Source of the DNA: Octopus sinensis | Lineage: Eukaryota | Direction of reading: 5' to 3' | Length of the DNA: 64,000 nt | Assembly (NCBI RefSeq): GCF_006345805.1 | Contig: NC_042999.1 | Location: forward strand, 163,928,001-163,992,000 | Part shown: positions 53,277-64,000 of the stretch, piece after piece | Layout: each line of letters begins with the position of its first letter | Numbering within the stretch: the first letter of the stretch is position 1 | Notes under the pieces: model-generated | The model's database searches: none | Seen by the model: only the letters and a program-made list of their open reading frames with translations | Told to the model about the DNA's origin: nothing | Program-made: the position numbers and the translations under genes

Positions 53277-53310
<34 letters not shown>

Positions 53311-53520
53311 ATAATATAATATATAATATATATGTATATATATATATATATATATTGCACCGAAGCACCTATATTGCTAGAAATAAGAGTTAAAGGATCT
53401 TAATGCTGTTAGAAGAGCACAATATATATATATATATGTGTGAGTGTGTGTTTGTGTGTGCGTATGTATACACACTGACAGGAGAGATAACCACATCGTG
53501 ACCGTTTCTAGAATCACTAA

Positions 53521-53561
53521 ACTACACTAGTTTCGCCGATTTCGTAGGCATCATCAGTAAT
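53521..53561 (-). ncRNA. Minimal hammerhead motif, probably inactive (G at position 17)
   Basis: AUUA-CUGAUGA-U-GCC(UACGAAAUC)GGC-GAAA-CUAG-UG-UAGU; palindrome ACUAGU. A related motif with GGAA lies at 51260-51300 (-). Confidence 0.5.
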
Positions 53562-53618
53562 GACTACTCAAACGGTCGATTGTTATAAACATACACACAT
53601 CACACACATACACACATA

Positions 53619-54835
53619 TAAGGGAAAGTCGAAAATTATCCGCTCTTTCGCCATATATTTATTTAGGTTGACCGCATTGCCTTCAATGCTCGCATGCTAA
53701 AATGTGGCACTCATGGTTACGCAACCGAGATTTATCCTTGATCACCAAATTTCTTTTTGTGTTACATAGAAAACATAACTGCTCTGCCGCTGGCAGTGTT
53801 TTAAGATTTCTATTGTTTGAATGTTTATCAGGGGCTAAAATGCATCGCAGGCTTTCCGTATATTATGGAGATAGCGTTCTACCGCGTTGAAATGTATATG
53901 AGTGAACCGAGAAGTTTTTAAATGAAAACGCAGAGAGAGCTGGACGCCTATCAACCTTCAACCACTGACGTGAAGATCCAGCAAAGTTGAGAGATGGCTC
54001 TGGCGAACTGATGAGTGACCATCGTTGAGGTGGCATGTTCTCTACAAATTAGTGATGATTCTGTATACAAAATCATCCACAAGCTTCGCTACCGTTAAAT
54101 CTGGGCAAGATGGGTGCCAAGAAAAATGAATGCGCAAGCGCAATCGTGTAGAGATATGTCAACACTTATTCGACCACTAAAACGATAAAGATGGAGCTTT
54201 TTCTGGAGCAAACAGTTACAGGAGATGAGATCTAGGTTCATCATTTTGAGCGAGAATCCAAAAGACAGAGTATGGAGTGGAAACAACCGGAATTGCCAGT
54301 GAATAAGAAATGCAAGACTCAACCTTCCACATAAAAAGCTATTCTAACCGTTGGCCTGGATACAAAGGGGCCTATACTGGAACATTATTTGGAAAAGGGG
54401 TTTACAGTCACTTGTGTAGGCTACAGAGAATTGCTGGCCAACAGAGTGAAACCAGCAACTTGCACCTAACTCCGAGGTCCACATACGGTCGCCCTTATTG
54501 TGTTGATACCATTGAAAACTTGTGTTTCGGGTTGCTGGAAGTCCCTGCATACAACCCAGGTCTCGGCCATTCCGAATATTACCTCTTTGGAGCACTCAAA
54601 CATCATTTACGACATCGCCGTTTTGCTAAGGACGAAAGCACACAGAAAGCGGTGCATAAAGGGCTGCAGAACGAGTCGAAAATCTTCTTCCTTGATGGAA
54701 TCAGCAAGTTTGTGGGTTGCTGGAAGAAGATCATTGAAAAGCAATGAAACTGTCAAAAAACGATGTAATTGTTCAATCCTTGATTTGTTTTTATAAATTA
54801 CGGAAACAAGAGTGTGTATAGGTTTTGACTTACAC
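53619..54835 (+). mobile_element. Heavily decayed mariner (DD34D-type) element
   Basis: SVLRFL..KMHRRL..YG, IWARWVPR, VTGDE..VHHF..ESKRQSMEW, LEVPAYNPGLGHSEYYLFGALK and GISKFVGCWKKIIEKQ in shifting frames; degenerate TIRs. Confidence 0.85.
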
Positions 54836-55873
54836 ACACACATCTAGGACTACAGTGTTAAATGTATTTTTCTTTCGTCCGACTTGGTTATGGTTTGAGA
54901 GAGACTTGACTGCTATTTCTAAAATCTGGGCGTCCGTATAGAAGATCCACCGTGGATACTTATTTTGCCGACAGATGATTTTTGATAGCCATACGTTAAA
55001 TGCAACTGAATAAAGAAGCCATTAAGCCAACTCATGTGCACACATACACTTACGAACTTATACACTCATACACAAACATGTACACGCTTTTCTCAGCTTG
55101 TCAATGTTTTAAGCTAACAGTATTACACACACTAGAGTCTATATCTTGTGTATAAAGATGTGGGTCTGCCTTCGTGTTTATGTTATCTGGTGTAAATCTG
55201 GTGTTAAACTGCGACCATTTATGCTTAAGAATGACTTAATCAAGCAATAATTAGTATCAGTTAACATAAGTATTAAACTTGACAGAGTGCTTGGGTAGCC
55301 AAATTTCTTCAGATCGTTTTTGGCGGTTCATTTAGTCCATTTTTGTTGTACATACAACAAAAATATCAAAACCAAAAACTATAAGTAACACATGACAAGC
55401 ATATAAACTCGAGAACAAACTGTGGATGATAATTTTGATCTATAAATTTTATTGTAATTTGAATGTTGAAAACTTCAGGACTCTTGTTATTAGATTGGAC
55501 AGATCAGTACAACACTATCCTATAATCTCATCGTTCACTTGCCACATGGAGCTATTGCATAGCATTACACCACACATTACAAAACAAAGTGAGGGAAATA
55601 CTAGTGGAGAATTCTTACATACTTTATAAAATTCTACGCAAAAATAGATTAATTATACAAGGTATTATCATATCACAATACAATACCAAAAATAACATGC
55701 GAACAAACAAATGAAAAAATGAACCCGCGTATACTGGCATAAAAATTAAAAACAAACGGTTAAAATTTGACCGTGACAAGCAAATCAGCATGTGACTTCT
55801 GATACATGAAGCTAACGATCAAAAAGTTTTTGATGAGAAAGTTTACACGAATTCAAACAGTATATAAGACGCA

Positions 55874-56105
55874 ATCATCATCATCATCATCAAGCACCCT
55901 TAACTTTTGCAGCCAGTAGTTGGGGTGCCACTGCAGACACTTTTGCAGTTAGCCATCTCTATTGGTTACTGTTCCCTGTCATGCGTAGCAGGGTCATGTT
56001 GTCGTGAGCTGTTCAGTCTTTAATATTGTCAGTCCAGGAGTTTCTCTGTCTGCTTCTCTTTCGTCCTCCTTCAATACAGACGCCAAATATATTCAAGTCT
56101 TGAAA
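55874..56105 (-). mobile_element. 3' end of an RTE-clade LINE with (TGA)n tail
   Basis: Minus strand GVCIEGGRKRSRQRNSWTDNIKD* matches the RTE C-terminal G.VEG.R.RGR..K.W.DNIKEW. Confidence 0.75.
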
Positions 56106-57305
56106 ATGATACATCGAGTATAAGTTTGGAAACATCGAGTATAAATTTAAGGATTCTACTGTTCCAAGAAAATACGAAAACTCTGAAATTAAAATGAACG
56201 ATAAGCCAGATTTGTCAGATATGAAATATGAGCCGAAATCGGTTATTCAACATGTATTTATAGTTTCTTTAGAAAACCAAACCAGATGCGAGAAACAATT
56301 CATTTTTCAATATTATGTCTTTTTGTTTTTGATAAAACGGGATTTTTCTTTGTGGTGATGACTTGATATATCGAAATAGTTAACTAATTTTAAAGTACGT
56401 ATTGTCAAAATAGAATCAGTCGAAATTATTCGCAAGACAGAATCTGCATGCAATCATACTTCGTTGCTCACTGCTATCAGCTTCTCTTGTTTTTACATGT
56501 TACTAACATCTTATCTTCCGGACTGGCTTGTAGGCATCAGTTCGCTACTTCCTGAACGAACCACCAGCTCGAGCTTTTGTCTGCTTTATATTAGAAATTC
56601 TTGATTGTCAAAAACAAATCTGATTGGACAGATTTGTTTTGACGTCATCACATCCGTGAATTGTTTTGAGCAGATTCTAAGAACTTTTATTAATTTTCAA
56701 AAGAAAACTATTAGTCATATTTTTGCTGATGTCATTCAGAAAATCTAACGTTCTGTTGTTTTGCATCATGGGTTAGATTTTTCATTATGTTATCACTTGT
56801 TTGAAAAGTATTGCTTTCTAATAAAAAAAAAAAATTCAGCGATCTACTGTATTCCTCCATCACTGGAGAGTTGTTTACGTAATAACGAGTGAATCAGTGT
56901 GTAAGGTTAACCCGTGGCTACTAGCATAAAATATAAAGCAAAACAGTTAAGATGTGACTGCGACAAACAAATGAACATGTGATAGCTGCTGCATGAATCT
57001 AAGAGTCAAAAAACATTTGGTGGCAAAGTCCACTCGAATTCAACTCGAATTCAACCAGGATATGAGAAACAACACACAAGCCAAATATATTCAGTTCTTA
57101 AAAACGAGTCCATGAAGATCTGGAAATGTTGAATATAAATTCAGGAACTCTTATTGTTCTAAACCAACTTTAAAAACTAAGAAAGTATGAAAAAATCTAA
57201 AATGAAAAGCTAAAATTTAAACATAGTCGTGTACTTAAAGAAATAATGCACACAAGCATGCACATGTATAGCATCTAAAATTATATATATATAATACATA
57301 TATAT

Positions 57306-57407
<102 letters not shown>

Positions 57408-57417
57408 ATATATATAC

Positions 57418-57481
<64 letters not shown>

Positions 57482-57644
57482 GGCAAGCACTGGTACCAGT
57501 TATGCTAACCGACTAAGGGATAAAAATATCCGGATTTACTATCGGTATCAGTTACCTGTGCTATCCATGGGCATGGGTATGCAGGAAAACTATGCTCGTA
57601 GGGTACAGGTAATAACTGAATAAACAAAAGTTTATCAGGAATTA

Positions 57645-58119
57645 AATTTAAATAATCAGAAAATGGAGTAAACTTTTGATCAACAAACAAACAAACAAAT
57701 TGGACCACTCCTGTAGATTATTTTTTAATACAAAACATGACATAACATTTCTTACGGCCGTTTCCGCTTACAATGCCAGTCGGTGCTTACGAAAGAATTT
57801 CGCAATTAATATTCGTGATCTTCATAGGACATTCGATCTAGTACATAGAACATGGCCTCAAGAAGGGGCCAGGAGGCTCAATATGTTCTTTCCTATTCCC
57901 TTTTCCCTTCGTTTATTTTATTTTATGCATTTGTATTCATTCTGATGAATCTCCACGTACTAGATTGGATGTCCTATGAAGATGAATATTATTTTCGAAA
58001 TGCTTTCGTAACGTAAGAAATGTTATGTCATGTTTTGTATTAAAAAATAACCTACAGATGTGGTCCAATTTGTTTGTTTGCTGATAAAATGTTTTCTCCA
58101 TTTTCTGATTATTTAAATT
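57645..58119. repeat. Large fold-back (arms ~57645-57843 and ~57956-58119)
   Basis: AATTTAAATAATCAGAAAATGGAG..TTGGACCAC..CATGACATAACATTTCTTAC..CTTCATAGGACA mirrored on the right. Confidence 0.85.
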
Positions 58120-58752
58120 ATATATACATATATATATATCGCCGGCGGCCTTGTTCAAGTAAACATGTTTCTTCCTGCGCTTGTGAAAAAAATTTTTTTT
58201 TCCTCGTCTAGGCTTTTAGGCCCTCTTTATTTGTTTTCCTGTCCTGCTTCTATTCCTTCTTATACTGTATTTTTTGTAATTGTATTGTTTTTACGTCCTG
58301 TTTTTGTCACATTTTTTTCCTTGTTTTTACCCCTCTGCAAAGGAATTTTATTTAATTCTTTCGCAGGAAGGATTAGTTCGACGAGACGTGTTCTGTCCTC
58401 ACCTTCGAAACATGCTGGTGTTGAACTAGGGACAGCTGATGAAGGGGATTTTTCCTTGTGTAGTTGTCTTGTACTCTGTTTTTTTCGTTGTTAAAAAAAT
58501 GGTCCGTTCCATGCTGTTTTTACGTTTTCGTTTCTCTTTGAGTTCTACGTCTATTTGTGGTGTCCTGTACACACGTATATATATTTATATATGCATGTAT
58601 ATATACATGTAGATGTAGGTACGTATATATATGTTTGTATGTATGCATATATTTTATTTATTACACTATTGTATGACTGAGCGCCTTCGCGTCGATTCGA
58701 TTCGATTCGTTTGGTTTCGTTTCGTTTCTTCTTCTCTAAGCTGGTTTATATA

Positions 58753-58808
<56 letters not shown>

Positions 58809-58987
58809 CGTTTTTGGATTTGGTTTGCAAGATTCTTTATGTGAATTCGTATGTTGAAGGATATTCTGTTGTGTCTGGGGAGAGTATTCTCTTTTGGTGC
58901 CTTATAATTTAACACACTCACCGGTAAAAATTTCCACATATTTTTCATTTAATTTTTATTTTTATCATTATTTTATTTTTAATTTTC

Positions 58988-59019
<32 letters not shown>

Positions 59020-59026
59020 TGTACTA

Positions 59027-59196
59027 AATGTGACTTGAGTGTTAGAAACACCTACATTGCTAGAAATTAGAGCTAAAATGTTCTAATGCTGTAGTCAAAG
59101 CACATAATTGTATACATACATACTGACAGGGACTGTAATTGTCCGAAAACACTCTTATTTCTCGCAATGTAATGTTTCTAACACCCTAGTCACATT
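59027..59196. repeat. Short fold-back of the repeat family also at 51100-51230 and 53360-53420
   Basis: AATGTGACT.G.GTGTTAGAAACA..TACATTGC.AGAAAT.AGAG mirrored at 59152-59196. Confidence 0.8.
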
Positions 59197-59611
59197 CAAT
59201 GACGATTATAGTCTTCCTTTATACTGTAAAATTGCAAACTGTGTCTACATTAATTTTATGTATATAAATATAGTAATAATAATAATAATAAAGGGTAAAA
59301 TTAATTAATCAATTAATAATTAATAATTTTACCAAGTAATTCGGTATGTTAAAAGAACCATTATCGGTAACCTTATACAAAAATTCTGTAATTATAAGCA
59401 TAATTATAATTAAGGTTCAGCAAAAATACCGAAATTTAGAAATAGCAGTTAAATACTTACTATTCCACTACCATAAGATATCTCCCAGACAGTAACACTC
59501 TCAACACGCGCAGGTAAAGAGAAAAAATAACGAATCCACCCGGCTTTGATTAATTATATACGCGTTTCTGGATTAAAGATATGTATTTTAGCTTATGATA
59601 GTGGAATAGTA

Positions 59612-59757
59612 CATCGACCCCAGTGCGTAACTGGTACTTAATTTATCGACCCCGAAAGAATGAAGGGCAAAGTCGACTTCGGCGGAATTTGAACTTAGAA
59701 CGTAACGGCAGACGATAAGCATTTCGCCTGGCGTGCTAACGTTTCCGCCAGCTCGCC
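59612..59757 (-). mobile_element. tRNA-derived SINE family 1
   Basis: Homologous to 17644-17874; truncates the pLTR-like repeat at 59280-59590. Confidence 0.85.
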
Positions 59758-59931
59758 TTATATATATATATATATATACATACATACACGAAAGACAGTA
59801 ATTCAGTAAAAGGCTTAATACATTTTTATATTTTCATATTCATTTTATCATACATTCATTTACTATACCTTGCTCAGGTACCGTCGTTTCATTACACGTT
59901 CGTATTGTTTCAAATATCAGAATGAATGTAT

Positions 59932-60254
59932 ATTCTTTTCTACTCTAGGCACAAGGCCCGAAATTTTGGGGGAGGGAGCCAGTCGATTAGATCGCCCCCA
60001 GTGCGCAACTAGTACTTAATTTAACGAACCCTAAAGGATGAAAGACAAAGTCGACTTCGGTGGAATTTGAACTCAGAACGTAAAGACAGACGAAATACCG
60101 CTAGGTATTTCGCCCGGCGTGCTAGCGTTTCTGCCAGCTCGCCGCCTTAGAATGAATGCATATTCTTTTCTACTCTAGGTACAAGGCTCAAAATTTTTGG
60201 GGAAGGGGCCAGTCAATTAGATTAACCGCAGTACGCAACTGCCATCTCGCCGCC
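59932..60254 (-). mobile_element. SINE family 1 (59932-60146) plus internally deleted tandem duplicate (60162-60254)
   Basis: AGAATGAATG(T/C)A occurs three times, bracketing both copies. Confidence 0.8.
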
Positions 60255-60268
60255 TTAGAATGAATGTA

Positions 60269-61521
60269 TTAGGTTGGCACCTAAGTTCCCGCTGTTTTTT
60301 TAAATTTTGGAATCTATTTTCTTCGAGAATTCTATTTTTGAATCATTTTGGAATCTATTTTGTTTTTTTTTTCTAGTTAATTTTAGTTAATTTTTGTTTA
60401 TTTTCAGGTCATTAAAATGGAATGTCAAGTTAAGAAAAAACGAGCATTTTCGACACCTCCTCCTTTTTGCTTTTAATCAATGTTCTAAGGCCGCAAAAGA
60501 TGATTGCGACATATTTTCTGTGCATGGAGAGGGTGTTCTAGCTGGAAGAACCGCTCGTGATTGGTATGCCAAGTTCAAAAATGGAAATTTTGACCTCGTT
60601 CTGGCTGTCCAGTTCGATGAAGAGCGATTAAACCAACTTTTGCACGAAAATTCTCGTCAAACGACAAGAGAACTGGCAAAGAAAATGGAATACTCCAACA
60701 CTGCTATAGAGAAGCATCTTCACTCGATGGGAAAGGTTCAGAAGTATGGAGCATGGGTTCCGCATGCTTTAAGTGACAACAACAAAAATCAACGAGCCAC
60801 AATCTCCACTGGTGTGCTTGCTCGTCAGCGCTCAACTCATGGATACAAGCAACGATTTCTTTGCCGAATCGTTACTGGCGACGAAAAATGGTGCCTGTAT
60901 ATCAATATGAAGCAGCGTAAGGAATGGCTTAGCCCCAGTAAACAAGCGACACCGCGCGTGAAACAAGATCTTCATCCGCGTAAAACGATGTTGTGCGTAT
61001 GGTGGGACTGGGAAGGGATTATCCATTACGAATTGCTTGAACGGAACCAAACAGTCAACGCGGAACTCTTTGTTTATCAGATGAAACGACCCAACACGGC
61101 TATTCAAGAGAAAAGACCTAATCGGCAGCATAGAGTTCTTCTGCTGCACGACAAAGCCCGCCCTCATATCGCCAATATGACCAAGGAAGCCATTCAAACG
61201 TATGGCTGGGAAGTGCTGCCACACTCACTGTACTCTCCTGATTTGGCACCAACGGATTTCCACTTCTTTCAATCTCTTTCAAATGCTATGCACAGAGTTT
61301 CGTTCAATACTGATGCAGAATTGATAGCTTGGTTGGATCAATTTTTCGAGTCGAAGTCGGGTGATTTCTACCAATGAGGTATTGAAAATCTTGTTGAACG
61401 TTGGGAAGAAGTTGTAAACAACAAGGGTGATTACATTATGGATTAATTAGTTATTATTTTTTATTAAACCTTTTCAAAAATTTAAATTTAAAAAACGGCG
61501 GAAACTTAGTTGCCAACCTAA
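60269..61521 (+). mobile_element. mariner DD34D transposon, full length, inactivated; transposase ATG 60417 to natural stop 61446
   Basis: TIRs TTAGGTTGGCA.CTAAGTT.CCGC.GTTTTT with TA TSD. Motifs WVPHAL, TGDEKW, LLHDKARPH and YSPDLAPTD, with 34 residues between the 2nd and 3rd D. One frameshift near 60440 and a premature TGA at 61375. Confidence 0.96.
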
Positions 61522-62215
61522 TATATTAAAAGTAAAATGTTGCTTATACATAGGTAAAGAAACAAAATTTAATAGTATCTCACAGAAAATCTGTTAAAAG
61601 ATAAAAATTCATAGCGAAAAAATATCGCTAAAGGGACGGCTAAATCTGAAAATTGAATCTAATTAAGCCTCAATTTTAAGATTTATGCAACTGGAAAATT
61701 TTAAAGCAAACGGTCCAAGTTGATTTGCTTGTCAACCAGGAAGAAAATTACAATTTCATACAACGAATTTTGAAAGTAATAAGAAAATTGAGCAATTATG
61801 TAGGCTATCGAAATTAGATTGTTAACATTCTAAAATATCTTAGCAGCTTAGAATAAAACTTCAATAGCAACTACTTGTCAGGAGAAATCCTATATCTATA
61901 TAACTCCTGTAGTTCTGCGGCTTGTTCAAGATGTAGAAAAATGTAAAGATCAAATGAACAAAAATTTAATATACTGGGTTTCAAAAGCTGGCTAACTTGA
62001 AAGAAAAAATATTAGGTGTGAATTAACAAAAGGTTAGGCTTTAAGCGATTTAGAGTGGAAAAAGTGGCATTAATTAAAATAATTCTGGTATATAAAGAAT
62101 TAATTTGCACACGGGCACAAAAGTGGGAAATGAAAAATATTAAAAAACATTTTATAATAGAAGAAAAATAATAACTTACATATCTTAGTTGAGAACTAGT
62201 ACGGCGAAGATATCA

Positions 62216-62307
<92 letters not shown>

Positions 62308-62723
62308 CTCTCTCTATCTCTGTCTCTGTCTTTCTGTCTGTCTCCCTCTCTTTCTTTCTCTTAATCCCCCACTTTTTTGTCGAACTGGAGGGCACCATTA
62401 GTTACAGATTGAGTAGCCCACAGTCGTTGGCCTCCTTTCTGTTATTCAATTGGGGTTTCTACAGTCAAAAAGGAAGCACTTGGTTTTCTTACTTTTCTTT
62501 CTTCTCGTTGCAATTTTTGCATCAACCTCTTACGCATATTTTCTTCTCGTTTTTGATTTTCGTGTTTTCTTATAGACCAACGGCTTGGTTTTTAAATACA
62601 GTACATCTAATGTTATGAACTGAGCCTGAAAGATTGCTTGGAGATACATGGCAATCTGGCAATTTAATGTATTTTAAAAATGGAAACTATTAGTAGCTGT
62701 TTTATAATTGCAATTATCAAATG

Positions 62724-62820
<97 letters not shown>

Positions 62821-62823
62821 ATA

Positions 62824-63250
62824 CACGAGAGTTGACTGAAAATTTCATAGGCTGATAGCATTGGCTATTTGATTTATAGTGAATATTCTGTCATTTATCA
62901 TCATGTGATGGATACAATCAATGTTTACTTTGGTGGTGACAGCTGCAAAACGTCCAAACCTTGGATCCTGTTCAAACATATCCTTTCCTCTCCTAGATCC
63001 AGCTGCCCACTTTTGCATTGTTGATAAAGCTGAAGCGTCAACCCTAATTGTAGCAAACATGTCAGAATGAATGTCCTTGGGGGCTAAACCCTCTTTTTCC
63101 CCAACGCCCAAATTTTGCCCATTTTCAAGAGCAGTCTCTACTAGTCATTTTTCAAGTTCTCTTTGAATAGTCAGATCCCAGATTACCTGGAAAGAAACAA
63201 TGCAATTATTAATAAGTAGAGGTGAAATTAATGTGTGTCACAGCTTTAGT
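62824..63250 (-). mobile_element. Internally deleted mariner relic (N-terminal HTH only)
   Basis: KEGLAPKDIHSDM..LSTMQKWAA..RRG..DPRFGR..NID.IHHM..DR..TINQIA; TIR-like CGAGAGTTGACTGAAAATTTCATAGGCTGA at 62826. Confidence 0.8.
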
Positions 63251-63854
63251 ATTACTTCTTCATAAACCTTCGTATGTGTATAAGTGTGCGTGTGTTAGAT
63301 ACAGCTACTCAGGGTTTCTTGGTCGTAATAATAATTTATTTCGCTTTTATAAAGCTGAGAACAAGGCCGTTTAAACAAGACTGTTTGGTAAAGGAAAAAA
63401 CAAGAAGAAAAACACATGGGAGATAACCAACGTTATAATGATTCTATGTCAAGTAAATATAAGATGTTAATGGTTTGCTAAGCGTCCGGTGGTCTACTTT
63501 TAAATTCCAACAAGATGTGTTTCATAAAATGTGGACACACAGCAAAAATCTCGTTCCTGGAATTAATGTATTCGTTGGAGGTTCTCAAGTATTTTTTTAA
63601 GAGATAGTTTTTCAAGAGAATATACTGAGTATTTTTGGATTCGTTAAAATAGGGTTTGGTTTTGGAGAGGATTTTTCCATTTGATGTTGAAACAGGTCCC
63701 TTCATCTTTAAGTTTCCAGATTAAAGCCGAAAGGTTGTTGAATGACCTCTAGGACAGAAGTGTGATATATCTTCCGCTGTTTATGAACCAAACCTTATAT
63801 CGGAGCCGTGGAAGGAAAATTTAAATCCATATATAACAACCAACTTTCGAATTA

Positions 63855-63859
<5 letters not shown>

Positions 63860-63890
<31 letters not shown>

Positions 63891-63955
63891 TGTATGTATG
63901 TATGTATGTATGTATGTATGTATGTATGTATGTATGTATGTATGTATGTATGTAT
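63860..63955 (+). repeat. (TATG)n array
   Basis: Direct reading. Confidence 0.95.
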
Positions 63956-64000
63956 ATATATGTGTGTGTGTATGTGTGTGTGTATTCAATATATTCAAAC

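Noticed and set aside
58395-58450. Circularly permuted (type II) hammerhead: CCTTC-GAAACATG...CAG-CTGATGA-AGG
   Set aside because: Stem I cannot form next to the cleavage site; more likely scrambled pLTR debris.
59112-59160. CTGACAG-GGAC..GTCC-GAAA as a hammerhead
   Set aside because: The core breaks the 3-8 pair, stem III is not palindromic and stem I is weak.

Overview
This is an AT-rich animal genomic window, most likely from an octopod cephalopod. That is inferred from the SINE families and the dense (TA)n/(CA)n/(TAA)n microsatellites, not from a database match. It is almost entirely intronic or intergenic repeat DNA. One credible host coding exon (~40591-40935, +) encodes part of an uncharacterised single-pass membrane protein. 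The first 10.6 kb is a stack of co-oriented decayed retroelements: an R4/Dong-clade 3' end plus a second fragment, and three different Penelope-like elements (PLEs), one of them Naiad-like. Elsewhere there are tRNA-derived SINEs, non-autonomous Helitrons, Tc1/mariner relics, RTE and LINE fragments, a (TAA)n-flanked 550-bp repeat in triplicate and many fold-back elements, including a perfect spacer-less 376-bp palindrome. The most striking signal is at least seven distinct families of minimal type-I hammerhead-ribozyme (HHR) motifs in PLE 3'UTR/pseudo-LTR (pLTR)-derived repeats. Each has a short palindromic or near-palindromic stem III, which mostly differs between families. Several have non-canonical cores: a U3-A8 swap seen in two unrelated contexts, CUGAUGCR, and A6U. 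All structures were paired by eye and none has been tested. Nearly all listed ORFs under 170 aa are microsatellite artefacts.
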